Origin: Yuukianura sp. NJ FZ-2021 | Lineage: Eukaryota | Reading direction: 5' to 3' | Length of the DNA stretch: 64,000 bases | Assembly (NCBI GenBank): GCA_046563655.1 | Contig: CM102287.1 | Location: forward strand, 3,534,001-3,598,000 | Shown here: positions 50,190 through 63,353 of the stretch, piece after piece | Position numbering within the stretch: the stretch's first letter is position 1 | Layout of the letters: the number at the start of each line of letters is the position of its first letter | The notes under the pieces: generated by a model | What the model saw: only the letters and a program-made list of their open reading frames with translations | Databases searched by the model: none | What the model was told of the DNA's origin: nothing | Program-made: the position numbers and the translations under genes

Positions 50190-51851
50190 AAGAATCCAAG
50201 AAATAGTAATGAGAAATGAAACTTAAATCGAAATGTAGGATTAGCCAATGACTTACCAAAATTTCAGATGCTTGACTGTGAAGTTTCATAATTTCCAAAG
50301 TGGTAGGGACGCCTTGTTCACTCAGGAATTGAGCGCAACAGCAAGGGGAGCGTAAGGTCAAATATGACAGGCAGGACATCGCAATTTCAGTTTCTTCGAC
50401 ATTTTCCTATAAATCAAATGTTCAAAGTTCCAAAAATAATACAACTCGGATATTGTAAGACATGGTTGGAATTGCTGTTGTTTGTATCAATTTCAGTTTA
50501 ATTTTCCTACTTTCATTCGATTCGCGACGCCCAAGGCGTGTTTCACCAAGTAACTGCTTCCAACGGTGTCACGCACAGAGTCGCAAACGCAAATGTATCG
50601 GAGACATTTAATTGTGCTCATGACCAGTCGCTGAAGAAAGTAAAAATTTCAACCCAGCGAACTTTTTTAGGTAAAGTGTATTTCAAAATCAATTTGAATA
50701 TATTTTTACGTCATTTTCAGGATATTTTTCCAGAATCTGTTCCAGAGCGTCCATGGTCCCTGCTGCATGGATTGCAACACAGTAGGATTCATGAGTCGCC
50801 ATCATCGTGATTGCCGTAACGAGTGAGTTCAGAATTTCTTCATCTTGAAATTCTAAAAGAAGTCACAATTATTTGCAACTTCTAAGATTAATTTTTTTAT
50901 GTTTTTACTTATTAAAAAGGCTGCCAGATAATAGATGCCATCCAATTTGAAAATCATTTGTTGACGTTCTGCCGATCGATTGTAAGCAATTCGGTTGTCA
51001 TCGTTGAGAGTAAACGCCGTCAGAGCACCACACCACTACAACGTCAAGAATTTTTAGTAACGAAAATTTGAAACGATCGAAAACGAAAAGACGAAACACA
51101 CAAGCGCCGACAGAATGGAAGTGTCAACTGACCTGACGTATAAAATCTGGCGACGGATCATCAACCTTGACAGTCTCAACGAATCGTGGGATAATTTTCC
51201 ATTCCGTAGTCAATGTCTCTCGATTTGCTTCAGATTGGATGCAAATGTTACGCATGACCTTTAGAGCCAAAATTTTGGTCGTCTCCGGAACATTTCCACT
51301 GCGAGAGGTCAAAGACAGTGAAACAAGGTTATTGGAAGATGAGTTTCAATATCGATGAAATTACGTACTCAAAAGCTTGAAATATAATTTTGAAGGCCGT
51401 TCTATCCACAATTTCAGGGTTACCAGGAGTTAGGGCACCCAATACCAGCAAGACGGCTTCGCGTACGAGGAAAGCCTCTTCCCTGAAATTCAGAATTGGA
51501 ATTTTTCTAATCACAATTCAGAATACTCTGTTTAATTTGTAAAAACTTTATGATCTAACGTGAGAATTTTGATATTGTTTTTTCCACAGTCAGTAAAAAG
51601 ATTGCACGCCGCAATACAATTTGGTACCCATTTTTGTCGATCGCCTCCTGTCGAGCCATAGGTCCAATGTCTTCAATAACTTTCACTAAATCTTCCATCT
51701 TGTCTTTTAGTTGGTTGCAATCGGGAAGTAATTTACCATCAAGCATTGCCTTCAGATCGAAAAAGAAAAACAAAAAGTTTAAGCATCTAAGTTAAAATTA
51801 TCAGGATATGGAATTCCTAACCTTCAACTCTGCAAGTATACCAGTCGCCAT
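50060..51851 (-). CDS. ARMC6: Armadillo repeat-containing protein 6-like, divergent and apparently 3'-truncated
   Basis: Multi-exon ARM-like protein starting MATGILAELK. CGALTAFTLNDDNRIAYNRSAERQQMI resembles the ARMC6 DDDIRV motif; also CLSYLTLRSPCCCAQFLSEQGVPTTLEIMKLHSQ and RSCCVILGNVAS...ILEAGGE. Confidence 0.6.
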
Positions 51852-52202
51852 TTCTCCCCAAGAAATTTGGTGGCCTTTGATTGGGCTAAGGACTTTTACT
51901 AATTAAAATTGAAGCTTTATGAACGCTTTATTTTTCGAAACAAATCCACGCGCTAGCTTTTGAAATAAGTTGCGGCTCAAACTGTCATCAGTGGATGTTT
52001 GTTTGCAAAAAGTTTCCACCAAAACGTCGCTAGAACGACATCACATCGATATTTATTCATTTCCAACAAAATGAATTTCTTATTTAGTAAAGTTGTTCTT
52101 GAATTTGACATTTTGAAAAAATGAAAAAGCACCAAATCAAGCATCAACAAATTGAGCTAAAATGTACTAACCAATTACACCACCACCGGAATATATTAGC
52201 AG

Positions 52203-54069
52203 TTATGTTGGTTGAAGTATTTCTACTGCGTCTGCGTCTCTGCGCAAAGACAGAAGCAATATGTTCGTTGTCAGAAGTTCAATTAAGAAGAAAGATGAGG
52301 ACATGAGGAGTAGAACCGTCCACAGAATAAACGTCGGAGTGATTCTCCAGTGGGACATGTTGAAGGCCATCGGTTGTTCCAGCTCTGTTCTGGCATTGGC
52401 TACTTTACGACGGTTCCGCCAGAGGGAAACATGGTTCTCGTAGTCGTACAACCACGGCGCAATTCCAGAGTCAATGAGGCGCAGAACGTGGGAATGTAGG
52501 GCGTCCTTACCACCTTTGATAAAGAAGTGTTTGAATTTGAGCAACGACTTTTTTTCTGCAACGACTTTGCAGTTGCTGAAAGAAACAGTCGATGTAGGAA
52601 AAGGCACAATGTCGTCATCCGTCGTCAGGATTGCAACTTGACATTGTGCCAGTAGTCGAGTTCTCTCCTCCTGCGAACTGTGTTCAAACGAGGTCAAACT
52701 GTTGTCTAGTTGACCATGAGAAAGTCCCTCGCTTTCAAAACTGTCCAACATGATTCGGTACACGGGGTCAGAGGGGTCAAGTGTAGGGACACCCTGGATC
52801 TTGTATCTCTTGTCAACAACGAGTTCTCGGAACGTAGCGATTCTAATAGGCGGAGAGGGAATAGTCACATCACTGGAGAGGTTGCATTCGTAGATGGCGC
52901 AGAGGAGCATGAGCAGAACTGAACTGTAGATCCGAATACCTGAAGTGGTCAACAGTTTTTCTCTGTAGACCCAGTTGCTGCAATGAATGTGACCTTTGGC
53001 ACAAACATCCAGCATCACTCCAACAAACATTAACAGAATGATAGACGTTGGGTCGAGTGCAAACGGCCGAACCCAGAACCAGAGGTCAAGGTCCATAAGG
53101 TCAACTCGTGCGACACAGTAGACGAGACTCGTGAAAATGTCACCACGATACATAATTTGAGCCATGGAGACCAAGACTGTAGAATTCCAAGTACTGGAGG
53201 CTAATGGGTCGTCAAGTGAAGCAAGGCCAATGACCTCTGGGTCAAGTGCTTTTTTGAAGGAAGAGTGATAGCGGAGCGTAGCATTCAGTTTCGTAGCAAC
53301 CGTTTCCATGATAGACACGACTGTTATTGGCTTACAAGTTGTCGCTTCCCTTGAACTCCGCATTCTCGCATGGTAAGAACAATCATGTGCTGTGCTATCC
53401 GTAAGTTCCGGGTAGCGTCGAGCCACTACTTGCAGTATCCCGCCATACCAATCAGAGTAATTCGGAAGTGTTTGGATACCTACGTGAGTCCAAAGTTCTT
53501 CTGCATGCAAACTACTGGACACTTCCGATTGGTTAACAGTTAACGACACAATTTTGCGAGATCTAACAGGAGTTACATCGTTCATACACTGCTTGAACTC
53601 CAGAAAATGTTGGATCCAGTTGAACAGTACGAAACGATCCACTAACAAACGTCAGTTCCGAAAAATCGGAGTTTGCGCAATTAACAGTCGAAGGAACGAC
53701 AAAAACAAAGGAAGAAGTTTCTTTGAAGGGAGATAGGAGACTGATCGTTTGGAAATCGAAACAAGACTTTGCTATAATCACATTGTGGCGACAAATGACA
53801 CGATTCAGTTGATACTCAGCAAGGTCAACTTGGTCAACGTCAGAATCATTGGAGCGGCCAAAGATCAATGACCTGCTTAATACAATCTTGGCACCATGTG
53901 TATCCTGGCTAGCCAGCATTAGATGGTCAACTATGTTAGTCAATTCGTATTCAAGCGCAGCAGAATATGAAACGAGGATGTCGTAACTTTGGCAAGTGCG
54001 ACTTTGTATACCCAAAATTTGATAGAGAAGACAAAATATCCAACACCGGAAATACTTTGGAGAATACAT
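52203..54069 (-). CDS. Divergent intronless ionotropic receptor (IR/iGluR-like), split by one frameshift at ~53565
   Basis: A signal-peptide ORF (168 aa, ending CNSC*) overlaps a 481-aa ORF with M1 (WVRPF...), M3 (YECNLSSDVTIPSPPIRIATFRELV), S2 (LRLIDSGI) and M4 (FILWTVLLLMSSSFFLIELL). Confidence 0.75.
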
Positions 54070-54545
54070 TCAGCAAAAAGTTAACTTCATGCCAATAATC
54101 GTGAGGAGACCAAACTAAATCTGAAATTATTCAAAAAGTGCGTAGAGTGGTACAAAAGACTTGAGCATGATAAAAACGCTTTTGTTTTTGTTGTCCAAAG
54201 TTGCGTGATTCGAATTAGTCCAATGAAAAGCCTCTTGTGTCTTAAGTTGTCAGTTGAAACGGGGTCAAATGGAGGAATTCATTAAACCAAAGGATGCCAA
54301 CCACGTGCCAAGAGTTATTCAACAACTATCTAATTCTTCCAAGAATTTCCGAAATTATAATAAAAATAATATATATAATTCATCAAAGACACACAAATTT
54401 GAATATGATTAATATAAACTATATTTTATAGCATACTATGAAAATCAATTGTGAAAATAAGTCTAACCAGTAAAAAAGTAGAAAAATGGCTGAACTTCGA
54501 CTACGGCAACCTTCTGTTTATGATTCTTCGGTTAGGTCAATCAGG

Positions 54546-55450
54546 TCATCTGTTCCGCCAACGACGTCTGTCCTGGCTAAAAAAAAGTTTACTAAACAAC
54601 TTGCTTGACTTTCTTTCGAAGTTTAGTGATCTACCAATTTTGACTGGAGTTGTTGTGGTGTCCGTGGATTTCCTAATAGAGCTAAGTTTGTTCCTTGCAA
54701 TCGATCCGTAGGGAATTCTGGAGTTCCAACCTGGCAGTGTGGACGTGGGGCAGCCGCTGATGTTGTCAGTAAACCTTGTTTGTCTCGTCCAATGTCCCTT
54801 GACCTCTGCTCCAGTTTCAAGGTCAACAGTTGCAAAATAAGTGTACTTGGAAGGAATTCCTAAAAGTAAACCTCACCATGAGTTGTCGCTTGAACTTAAG
54901 AATAAGGTATTGTGATGTTACCCTCTCGAGTTGCAATTTGCAGAATCTTTTCCTTGGTCTTGAGGAAATCAGTTCTTGACTTGCGAGAAGGACACGAAAG
55001 CTTGGGTATCATTTCCTCCAGTTGCTTCAGTCCTTTGGCATAAGCTAACTTTGTCAAAATGTCCATCGCAACGGTGTGGTCCTCTCGAGCGTCAGTGAGC
55101 TATAATTTAAAGTTCTCCGCATAAACATATGTATAATATCAAAAAATCAAACTTTCCAAACTTTCCTGCTGCTCCACTGGAGCAGCAGTCGTGGTTCAGT
55201 TCGAGTATTCGTGTGGACCTGAATATGGATCTAATGAAAATTATGATAATGAAGGCCTCTTGTACAGGTGAAGTTGAGAATGAAATAATTCCTTACACTT
55301 TGAACACAAAGTTCTGTTGTGCGGAGAACTAGCATCGAATGGCATTGGCAACGGACGACGATCTTCGAAAAACCCATCTTCGTTAAGAATGGAAATTTGG
55401 ACGCTGGAATTAGAGGCTGCCTCAATTCATCTCGGCATTTTGGCATTCCT
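54546..55450 (-). CDS. Multi-exon gene resembling the C-terminal part of VWA5A (VIT-vWA family); 5' part unresolved
   Basis: Spliced exons give DILTKLAYAKGLKQLEE...KEKILQIATREG|IPSKYTYFATVD, similar to the VWA5A 'HRLAA..I..LE...K..I..LS....I.S..T.F..V' region. Confidence 0.4.
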
Positions 55451-56630
55451 GCACAAGGAAAAATGATCAGAATTAAAGGGAGTGACGATGATAAAGGGAG
55501 ACTGGAAAATACTTTCCCATATTTTACCATATCGAGCGTTGATGTCCGGACACCCTCAAGAATGTATGCGTTTTGTCTGGAATTCAAGGACACTGCGTTG
55601 ATACCTACACACAAATGCATCGGAACGAAGACTTGATGTTGTTGACTTCAAACCTAAAACAAAATCAAGCTGAGTATGAACAAGAATACCGATTTAATTA
55701 AGATAAATTGAACAAATCTAAAAACTGACCTTGTGAAGTGAAACGGAAGTCAGTGACACTGGTCAAGTCAACTGTTTAGTTCTAATTTTCTAATCAACTT
55801 ACCAAATTTTAATGCGCGCCGACTAATTCTTTGTTATGTTTTGTTTTGGTCACGTGTTGCGGAATACAAAAAAGAGGAGCGAAAACCACAGCGTGCGGTC
55901 TCACTAAACCTAATGCATCGGTTTCCTCAGATTTTATCTAGAAAGTGAACTGAATTAGTTGGACAATCGTCAAACAATAGTTGTTTCAAATTAATTATTA
56001 ATTTTTTTTGTTAATTATTAGACTAATGTATTGTTTAAGTTTGATTTTGAAACGTTGGTGTTTCTAAGCTTTCGTCCAGCATCCTCACTATTCGTCGTAG
56101 CCTGCGACGCACAAATCTGAAATCGGAGATTTAGTCACACCAAATTTAGCGTCCAGTTGCGGCCTGCTGATTACTTTTTTTGTTTTGAGTGTCCCTGTTC
56201 CTTACTAATTTCCTTACTAATTTTCAACATTCGGTTTCGGAAATCACATAAGACGATTCATCAGTGCTTTCCCGTGTCACTATTCAGTTGATCCCGTTCC
56301 GTCATCGCTGGAATGCGAATCACCATGATTCTCCGATTCTCAATCATCCTGGACCCGGGTATCGCCGATGAGGACAGGAGTTGTTTGTAGACTGTCGATT
56401 GACTAGTGACCAAAGTGTCATGGAAGATGTGACTGAGCAGAGATACGGAAAGACTAAATCGTGGCTGACACTTCGGAGACTGCTGACTGTCAAAATGTCA
56501 TTTGGATCCTTACCACCATCTCTCATCATCTAAACATCACAGAGTCATCGCATGGTAAGTAAAAGTAATCTTTACTCTTCCGTTCCCGGTTTCCTTCGGA
56601 GTCTTACTTTTAATAATTTTTATTCATGAG

Positions 56631-57361
56631 CAGAGCCGCAAAAAATATGTTGTTAAAACCAGTGAAATATGTATTTAAATATGTACTAAAAATCAGTGAA
56701 ATATTTACTAAAATATTTTTTATTTTACGAAATATTTAGCTATTTCCTAAAAATTATTACTCAACTGTACCATCGATGCGAGTTTTACAGAACACCTATT
56801 CCAATTAGGAACGCTTTTGAGAGGATTCTAGATGTAAATTAGCTAGCACGCATCCTGCGTACACCAGACTAAGAGTACGCTGATCCATCTGTACAGTTTT
56901 TAGCGTACATTTGTTTAAGCGTGCGGGTTTTTGCACATACGATCAATTGCCTGTACGCTTAGGGGATTTCGCCCGTTCAAAACTTTTCTGAAATAAGTTA
57001 TTGCAATTTTAAAAAAACATCTCGGATTAAAGTAATGAGTGAAAGGGTTATTTTTAATCACAGGAACTGCATTAGAAGTGGGAAATTATAAAATAATTTT
57101 GCCACCCATATCCCTCCATACTATGTAGTGCTGATTACGGGAAAACTTACGTAAAACACCTCGACATTGGTCTTTTCAATCGCCGATAGGGGCAAAATTG
57201 GCTTGAAATGTCAGAAAATTGTCAAAAATTCGCTAAAAATACCTCCTTTTTGTGAAGTTCTGAGAATATTTTGCTAAATATTGTTTATATTTTTTTTCGA
57301 GAAATATTTTTTAAAAATATAAAAATATGTAATATGTAAAAAAATATGTTTTGCGGCTCTG
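56631..57361. mobile_element. hAT-family MITE
   Basis: TIR CAGAGCCGCAAAA / TTTTGCGGCTCTG with a perfect 8-bp TSD TTCATGAG (56623-56630, 57362-57369). Confidence 0.88.
56783..57120. mobile_element. Diverged solo arm of the IS3EU-like family, nested in the hAT MITE
   Basis: Ends ATAATTTTGCCACCCATATCCCTCCATA, colinear with 37021-37330, and retains the CGTACGCTTAGG motif. Confidence 0.65.
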
Positions 57362-58117
57362 TTCATGAGGGAGGCCATTAGGAGATTCCAGTGTCCTATT
57401 GAATGATAAATGGCTCCCATTAAACATCCGAATTCCTCATCAACTCTTCATATCCCTGCAGTCTCCAAATTCAATTCTTATCCCGCTCCTCTTCTTCCAT
57501 TTTTAATTGGACCGAAACTGTCGTCCTGGACGTGTCACTCTTTCCATAGACGTCCAACCGGCCCATTTGCACAGGAAGTAGAGGTGACAGGGCTCTCTAG
57601 GGATTCTTCCTTTCCTAATCCTATTTTTAACCGCATCTCGCTAATACTATAATGTTAATGTTCTCATTACGCTCCAAACTACAGCATACGGCTAGAAATT
57701 TTTAGTTTAGAAGTACGGATGCAGAATTTTTAAGCCGTTTATTAATTTTTTAAAACCAAGCAGCGGGGATTTTTAGAATTTTGTGACCAGTTTCGTCTTG
57801 GTGCCATTCTCAGCCGGTGGTTTTTTTTCTCCAAGATTGGAACTTATGATTTCTTTCGTGCTCTAAGTTTTTTCAATTTGAAACGGAATCAATTCGGAAT
57901 TGAAAACGGACGTGGTTAAAAATTCAAGTGAGGTACTATTTGAAAGTTAAAATTTTTACACGAAAAGTTACTTTTTGAGATTCAGTCATTGACAAGATCC
58001 TTAAGCGGTCCTAGTTTGCCTTTAGGTGTGATTCACCGAAGTACCCTGGCAAAATTAATCTCCGGAAGTTGTGTCCTTTGACTTTTATTCTTCCTATTTA
58101 AGTAGATTCACAGACAC

Positions 58118-59630
58118 CAGGGCTGACATTTTGGTACGCAACTTAGGAATCCTAAGTTAGGCCGATCCTAACTATTTAGGAGAAAAGATGGGAAACCTCT
58201 AGGATTTCCTAAGTTCCCAGATTTTGGTAGCAAATCCTAGGACAGTCCTAAGTAGGGACTTGGGCAATGGGAAAACCCGACTTAGGATCACCCATATTTT
58301 CGAAACTTTAGGAGCTCCTATCTTTCGAAAAATTCGTCCTAACTTTAGAGGCGGTGGTTTCTGATCCTAACTGCTTCCTACTGTCCCTCAACTCCTAACT
58401 TCATACCGTCTCTTGGAGCAATCGTGGGTGGTCCTTTTTCTCAAAAAATTGAAAACCCTTTTCTTATCGCTTTTTCGAGCTCGAGCCTTCCTTTTTATCT
58501 GCAAAAATTTTGATTATGCAAATGCACTACCGTGAGGATCCCAGAATAGAAGACCTGTGGCTGTTATTTATGAATTAAATGAACGGAATTAAAAAATTGC
58601 ACTAATTTGACTGAAAAATTACCGTAATGCATAAGAAAATTAACAATTCAAAAAATGGAAATACTTCCATACAAATTGAATACTTTGAAAAAAAATTCCC
58701 TACTTCAAAATATTTCAACAATTAAAAAAATTCAATAATTTAAAAAAAATTAATATTTCAACAATTAAAAAAATTCAATAATTTAAAAAAATTAATATTT
58801 CAACAATTAAAAAAATTCAATAATTTAAAAAAATTAATATTTCAACAATTAAAAAAATTCAATAATTTAAAAAAATTCGACATTACCAAACACAATACTT
58901 TAAAAAAAACAACAACTGCAAAACTTTCACTTAATTTCAAAACTCTAAGTATTCAATATGTATGGAAGTATTTCCATTTTATTTTAATTGTTAATTTTCT
59001 TATGCGTTACGGTAATTTTTTAGTCAAATTAGACCAATTTTTCTAATTCCGCTCATTTAATTGATAAATAACAGCCACAGGTCTTCTACACTGGGATCCT
59101 CACGGTAGCACATTTGCATAATCAAAATTTTTGCAGATAAAAAGTGAGGCTCGAGCTCGAAAAAGAGATAAGAAAAGGGTTTCCAATTTTTTGAGAAAAA
59201 GGACCACCCACGATTGCTCCAAGAGACGGTATGAAGTTAGGAGTTGAGGGACAGTAACTATAATTTTCTCCATTTAAATGTAGTTTTCGTTCAAAATTTA
59301 ACTTAAAATTGTTAATTATTAAATACTTAATTAATTAATTATTAAATAATTAATATATATCTTAATAAATAATACACATATATATTAACTAAATGTTAAT
59401 TAGCTATATAATTAGTTTATTATTATTAAACTTACTAATTTTCATTAATAAAGTTTATAATTAAAATTCGTTTTGACTTAGGATTGTAAATAGGCGAATC
59501 TAAGTTTAGGATAAAATTTTGGGAGATAGGATGTCCTAAATCTACCAAAATCTAGTTTGTCCTAAGTCATCCTAAGTTTTGTCCTATCCTAAACTTAGGA
59601 CGTCCTAAGTGTACCAAAATGTCAGCCCAG
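58118..59630. mobile_element. Non-autonomous TIR DNA transposon (CAGGG termini; hAT or P-like)
   Basis: 20-bp TIR CAGGGCTGACATTTTGGTAC / GTACCAAAATGTCAGCCCAG (1 mismatch) with many subterminal TTAGGA/TCCTAA motifs. No clear TSD. Confidence 0.7.
58381..59254. mobile_element. TA-flanked foldback MITE (Tc1/mariner-like), nested in the previous element
   Basis: ~300-bp inverted arms starting CTGTCCCTCAACTCC, TA on both sides, and about four central ~42-bp AT-rich tandem repeats (58709-58878). Confidence 0.85.
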
Positions 59631-60827
59631 GGGACATTCCGCTTCTTCTGCCTCAAATCCCATCACAACCAGCTCAAACTGCCTCCCCATCTTCTCGGGA
59701 TCTCCGAATTCCACCCTCCTTAGCCATTCTTTCTTCTGTTCATACACAAACTCAGTCTGTGAAGATTTTAGGGCAAGGTTTTTGGATTTGTGAGAAAAAG
59801 GTTTGTATTTTGAGCTAAAAGAATTTTTGAGCTGGTTTCTTCTTTTTTTGAATCTTTTGCTTACATTTTAATTGTTGAAAATCTTTGACTTTTTTCAATA
59901 GGAATTCTGGTCAATTTTTGGTTGAGTTTGAATGGGCATTTAGGAATCGAAATTCGGGAAATCGAGTTTTATGTGCCTCCAAAAGTGTTTTTCATTCATT
60001 GGTGTGTCTTCTATTGCTGAAAGTTCTTCACTTTTGTCATCTATTGGTTAATTGATTTTCGGCACCATTAACAGGTGGATTATGGATTTTGAGTTTGCGA
60101 GAAAAAAAAATCTATTTTGGTGGAATCTTTCGTTGAATTTTGTAAGAATTTATGGTTTTTGACGTTTTGAAAAGCCTGTCTAGATGCGATGGGTTGATCT
60201 GATTTGTTGTAGATGTTGAGATGTAATTTGTTGGGAATAGAATTGTTTTAAGGTATAATTGAACCTGGTTCTTGTACCTTAAGTGGAAGTAGGGGGATGA
60301 AAAGGTTGGGTTCCCGTTGGAAGTTGAAACTTGCTTTTTGTTGTTCTTTTGTTGTGGATTGTGGAAGATCTTGAGAGCTTTGGCCACGGTTAGGCTAGGT
60401 GCCTCGGGGATGAATTTGGGATTCAATTCTTTCAGTTTCAGTTCTCTCCAGACACGCAGCCTCTGAACATCTCCCTCTCCAAGAATCATTTCCCAAGTTA
60501 AGTTCAAGCAGAGACAAAAGCTAAAATCTTGAAGCTCGAATTGGCACGGTTTGTGCAAATTTTACAGAGTTGGTGAAAGATACAGTTACACTTAGAAACC
60601 TTTTGTTAGTTGATGAGTGTGGGAGTGACGCACGAGGATAAAGGAAGTCGAGGTTTAGCAAAGGACAAGTCCGGATAAGGCCTTCCTGGGCCCAATGGGA
60701 AAAAATACATGGTGTTTTTTTGGAGGGAAAGAGGGGACGGGTGCGGAAAAACCTCCCGCCAAACGGACAGTTTGTGCCATATGCGTACGGTGTGGGACTC
60801 TCGAAGTTCGCACAATGTTATGTGACA

Positions 60828-61488
60828 CAGTGTTGGTGGATGGATAAAATATTTCTCCCACTCCCCTCGAAAGTGGTGGATATATCCGGATTTTTTTGGT
60901 TTCTTCCGGACGAAACTCAATTTCGTCCATCGGAAACTGGATTTCATCCGGATTTATTCATTTATCTAGTGGATATATCCTGGACGAAATGCTGAAATAG
61001 TGGATATCCACCAACACTGGGTGGCAGCATGTTGTGGCATGCTGAGCTTGTTAACCCAATCACCAGGCGCCAGTTTGAATTTGGCGAGCATTTTCACGCC
61101 GCGAAGTCCGCGAATTTTCACGAAATTTCGGAATGCATTTTACGAAGTGTATTTCTATACATGTTTTGTACTATGCAGTCGTAATATAATATAATACATA
61201 TATATACATATATATGCACAGTGTGCATATAACCCACTGTTGCTTGATATCCACCTTGGATAAGTGGTTAGTGATAAGTGGATAAAGTGGATATCCAACA
61301 ACACTATGGTCATTCAGTAATATTATGACCAGGGTTGCTGGATATCCAATTCGACTTTTCGTCCAGTGCATATCCATTGGATTATAATTTTCATCCAGTT
61401 TTATCCGGAACAAATGGCTAGATAAAATGGATACGTCCACTTAATTTGATGTAGGTGGAAGAAATATTTTGTCTATCTAACAACACAG
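60828..61488. mobile_element. Cluster of short CAGTGTTG...CAACACTG MITEs rich in TGGATATCCA
   Basis: 60828-61019 has the TIR CAGTGTTGGTGGAT/ATCCACCAACACTG. Degenerate copies lie at 61235-61306 and 61330-61488. Same family as the ends at 45533/47284 and 36830-36920. Confidence 0.6.
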
Positions 61489-62486
61489 ATTCCTTCCTTC
61501 CTAATCATCAGTATGAGGACCACATTAGTAACACTATTATTTTGTAGTTAATAATATTTTCAATTATTATCCCTTAATATCAGTAGTTTATGCTGATATT
61601 TGGTTCAATTGAGAATTGGGGGTTGGTTATGTGTATTTTGTTTCGGTAACCAAATTAGAACCCTAGAGGCGCAGACTGCGTCCTCTCTCACCTCCCTCAA
61701 ACCCCTTTTACGGACATCTACCCCTTTCCGCTTCATATGTAAAATCTCCATTGGGCCCAGCTCCCATCTCTTTCTTAAGCTTATCCGGACATGTCCTTTC
61801 GGAGTTTGAGTATTTCCTTTTTGGTCTCAGATACGACAATAATGTGCTGGGAGTGACATCCGTTTTGGTTGAGTTGGTTTGAAAAAGTTAAGTTTTTGAT
61901 GCGAAAAGTGAAGTGTTTGTTGAGTGGAGGTGCAGTTATGGGTTATTAAGGAATCCTTAATAACCCATAATTGCACCTCCACTCCAACCCTCCTCTTCCT
62001 CAGAATCTTCAGAATTGTTCCTTCTCAAGCTAAAACCTTCTCTAAAAAAATGAAACTACTTGATTCCTGAAGTTCCAATTTGATGGAGATGCCTCGAGGC
62101 AATGCCTGAGCCATGCCACTGCTCTTTTTGGGTATTTTCTGGACCTTTTCTGGAAGGATGTTCGGATTTTAAAGGCTCCTTGGACCAGTTTCTAGTTTTT
62201 TGTGAGCTCCTGAAGTGGATCTGGAGGAGATACATCGAATTAGCACATGGGATTAATGGGATAGAGTCAAATATTTTATATAGTAATAGAAATAGAAATA
62301 TAATAGCATAATAGAAATTCATTCCAACCCTCTCAACTCCTCACGAAAGGCCACTTCAAAATAACTTTGTTGGAGAACAGGAACAATATGTTATTATATT
62401 TTTACTAAAAACGGTTTTAGTTTTGTATAACTTGTAGAACATGTAATTTGGAATTGGAATTTTAAAGTTTTAAGCACTGCGACTAA

Positions 62487-63353
62487 AGGCCTGTTTATAC
62501 CGGACCACTGGATGGATTTTCCTTCCACTGGACGTCCAGTCCAGTGGAAAAAATTTGTCTCGTTCATACCAGATTTTGGGGAAAGTGAGGGGTGGATTTT
62601 TTTTCCATGGATGGATTTTCCTTCCACTGGAAAAAAAATCCAGGGACGCGGTATGAACGCTGTTTTCCACCCTGGATTTCAGAAAGGCGCCTGCCTTTCC
62701 ATTCAAAGTTGAAATGTGTCAACAAAGACCTAATTGCTGTTTTCAACAGCTGACAACATCAAAATAATTAATTATTTGTTAACAATGAAAGACTCAGGAG
62801 ATATTGAAGATTCAGAGAACGTAGGAATTATACCAGAACATTTTTTCAGTATACATACAAGGACTGGCAATACCTGCACATGACAGATTAATTGTTAATT
62901 TCAGGTTAGCGCTAACCTCGTATTAGTAGGTTGAGTTAAATGTTAACACGTTGTTAGGCGTAATCCAACCTATTTACTTTGATTAATTAGTTGAAAAAGT
63001 AATTAACATTCCAAAAACTGTACTTTGGAGATTAGTTTTGTCATTCGAGCTTATTGTCTCAAGCTCCCATGTGATACAGCAAAGATGATCAATCCAGACC
63101 AAAAGTTGAACTGAGTGAACTTTTGGTCTGGATCGTTTCTCCCATCTCTCAACATTACAAGAAAATCCAGTGGAAAAAATTTCCATCCATGGACTTTTTC
63201 GGTATGAACGTACCAAAATCCAGTCCAGTGGATAAAAAATCCACCCAAACTTTCTCTGGATGATCCATCCAGAGAAAGTAAATCTGGTATGAACGTCTGG
63301 ATTGCCGTCCACTGGAAGGAAAATCCATCCAGAGGTCCGGTATAAACAGGCCT
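62487..63353. mobile_element. PIF/Harbinger-like MITE
   Basis: TIR AGGCCTGTTTATACCGGACC...TGGATGGATTTTCCTTCCA and its complement. TAA TSD at 62484-62486 and 63354-63356. Subterminal CCACTGGA/TCCAGTGG repeats. Confidence 0.85.

Noticed and set aside
60112..60995. ORFs of 91-148 aa
   Set aside because: No motifs or consistent splice structure, and they partly overlap a MITE.
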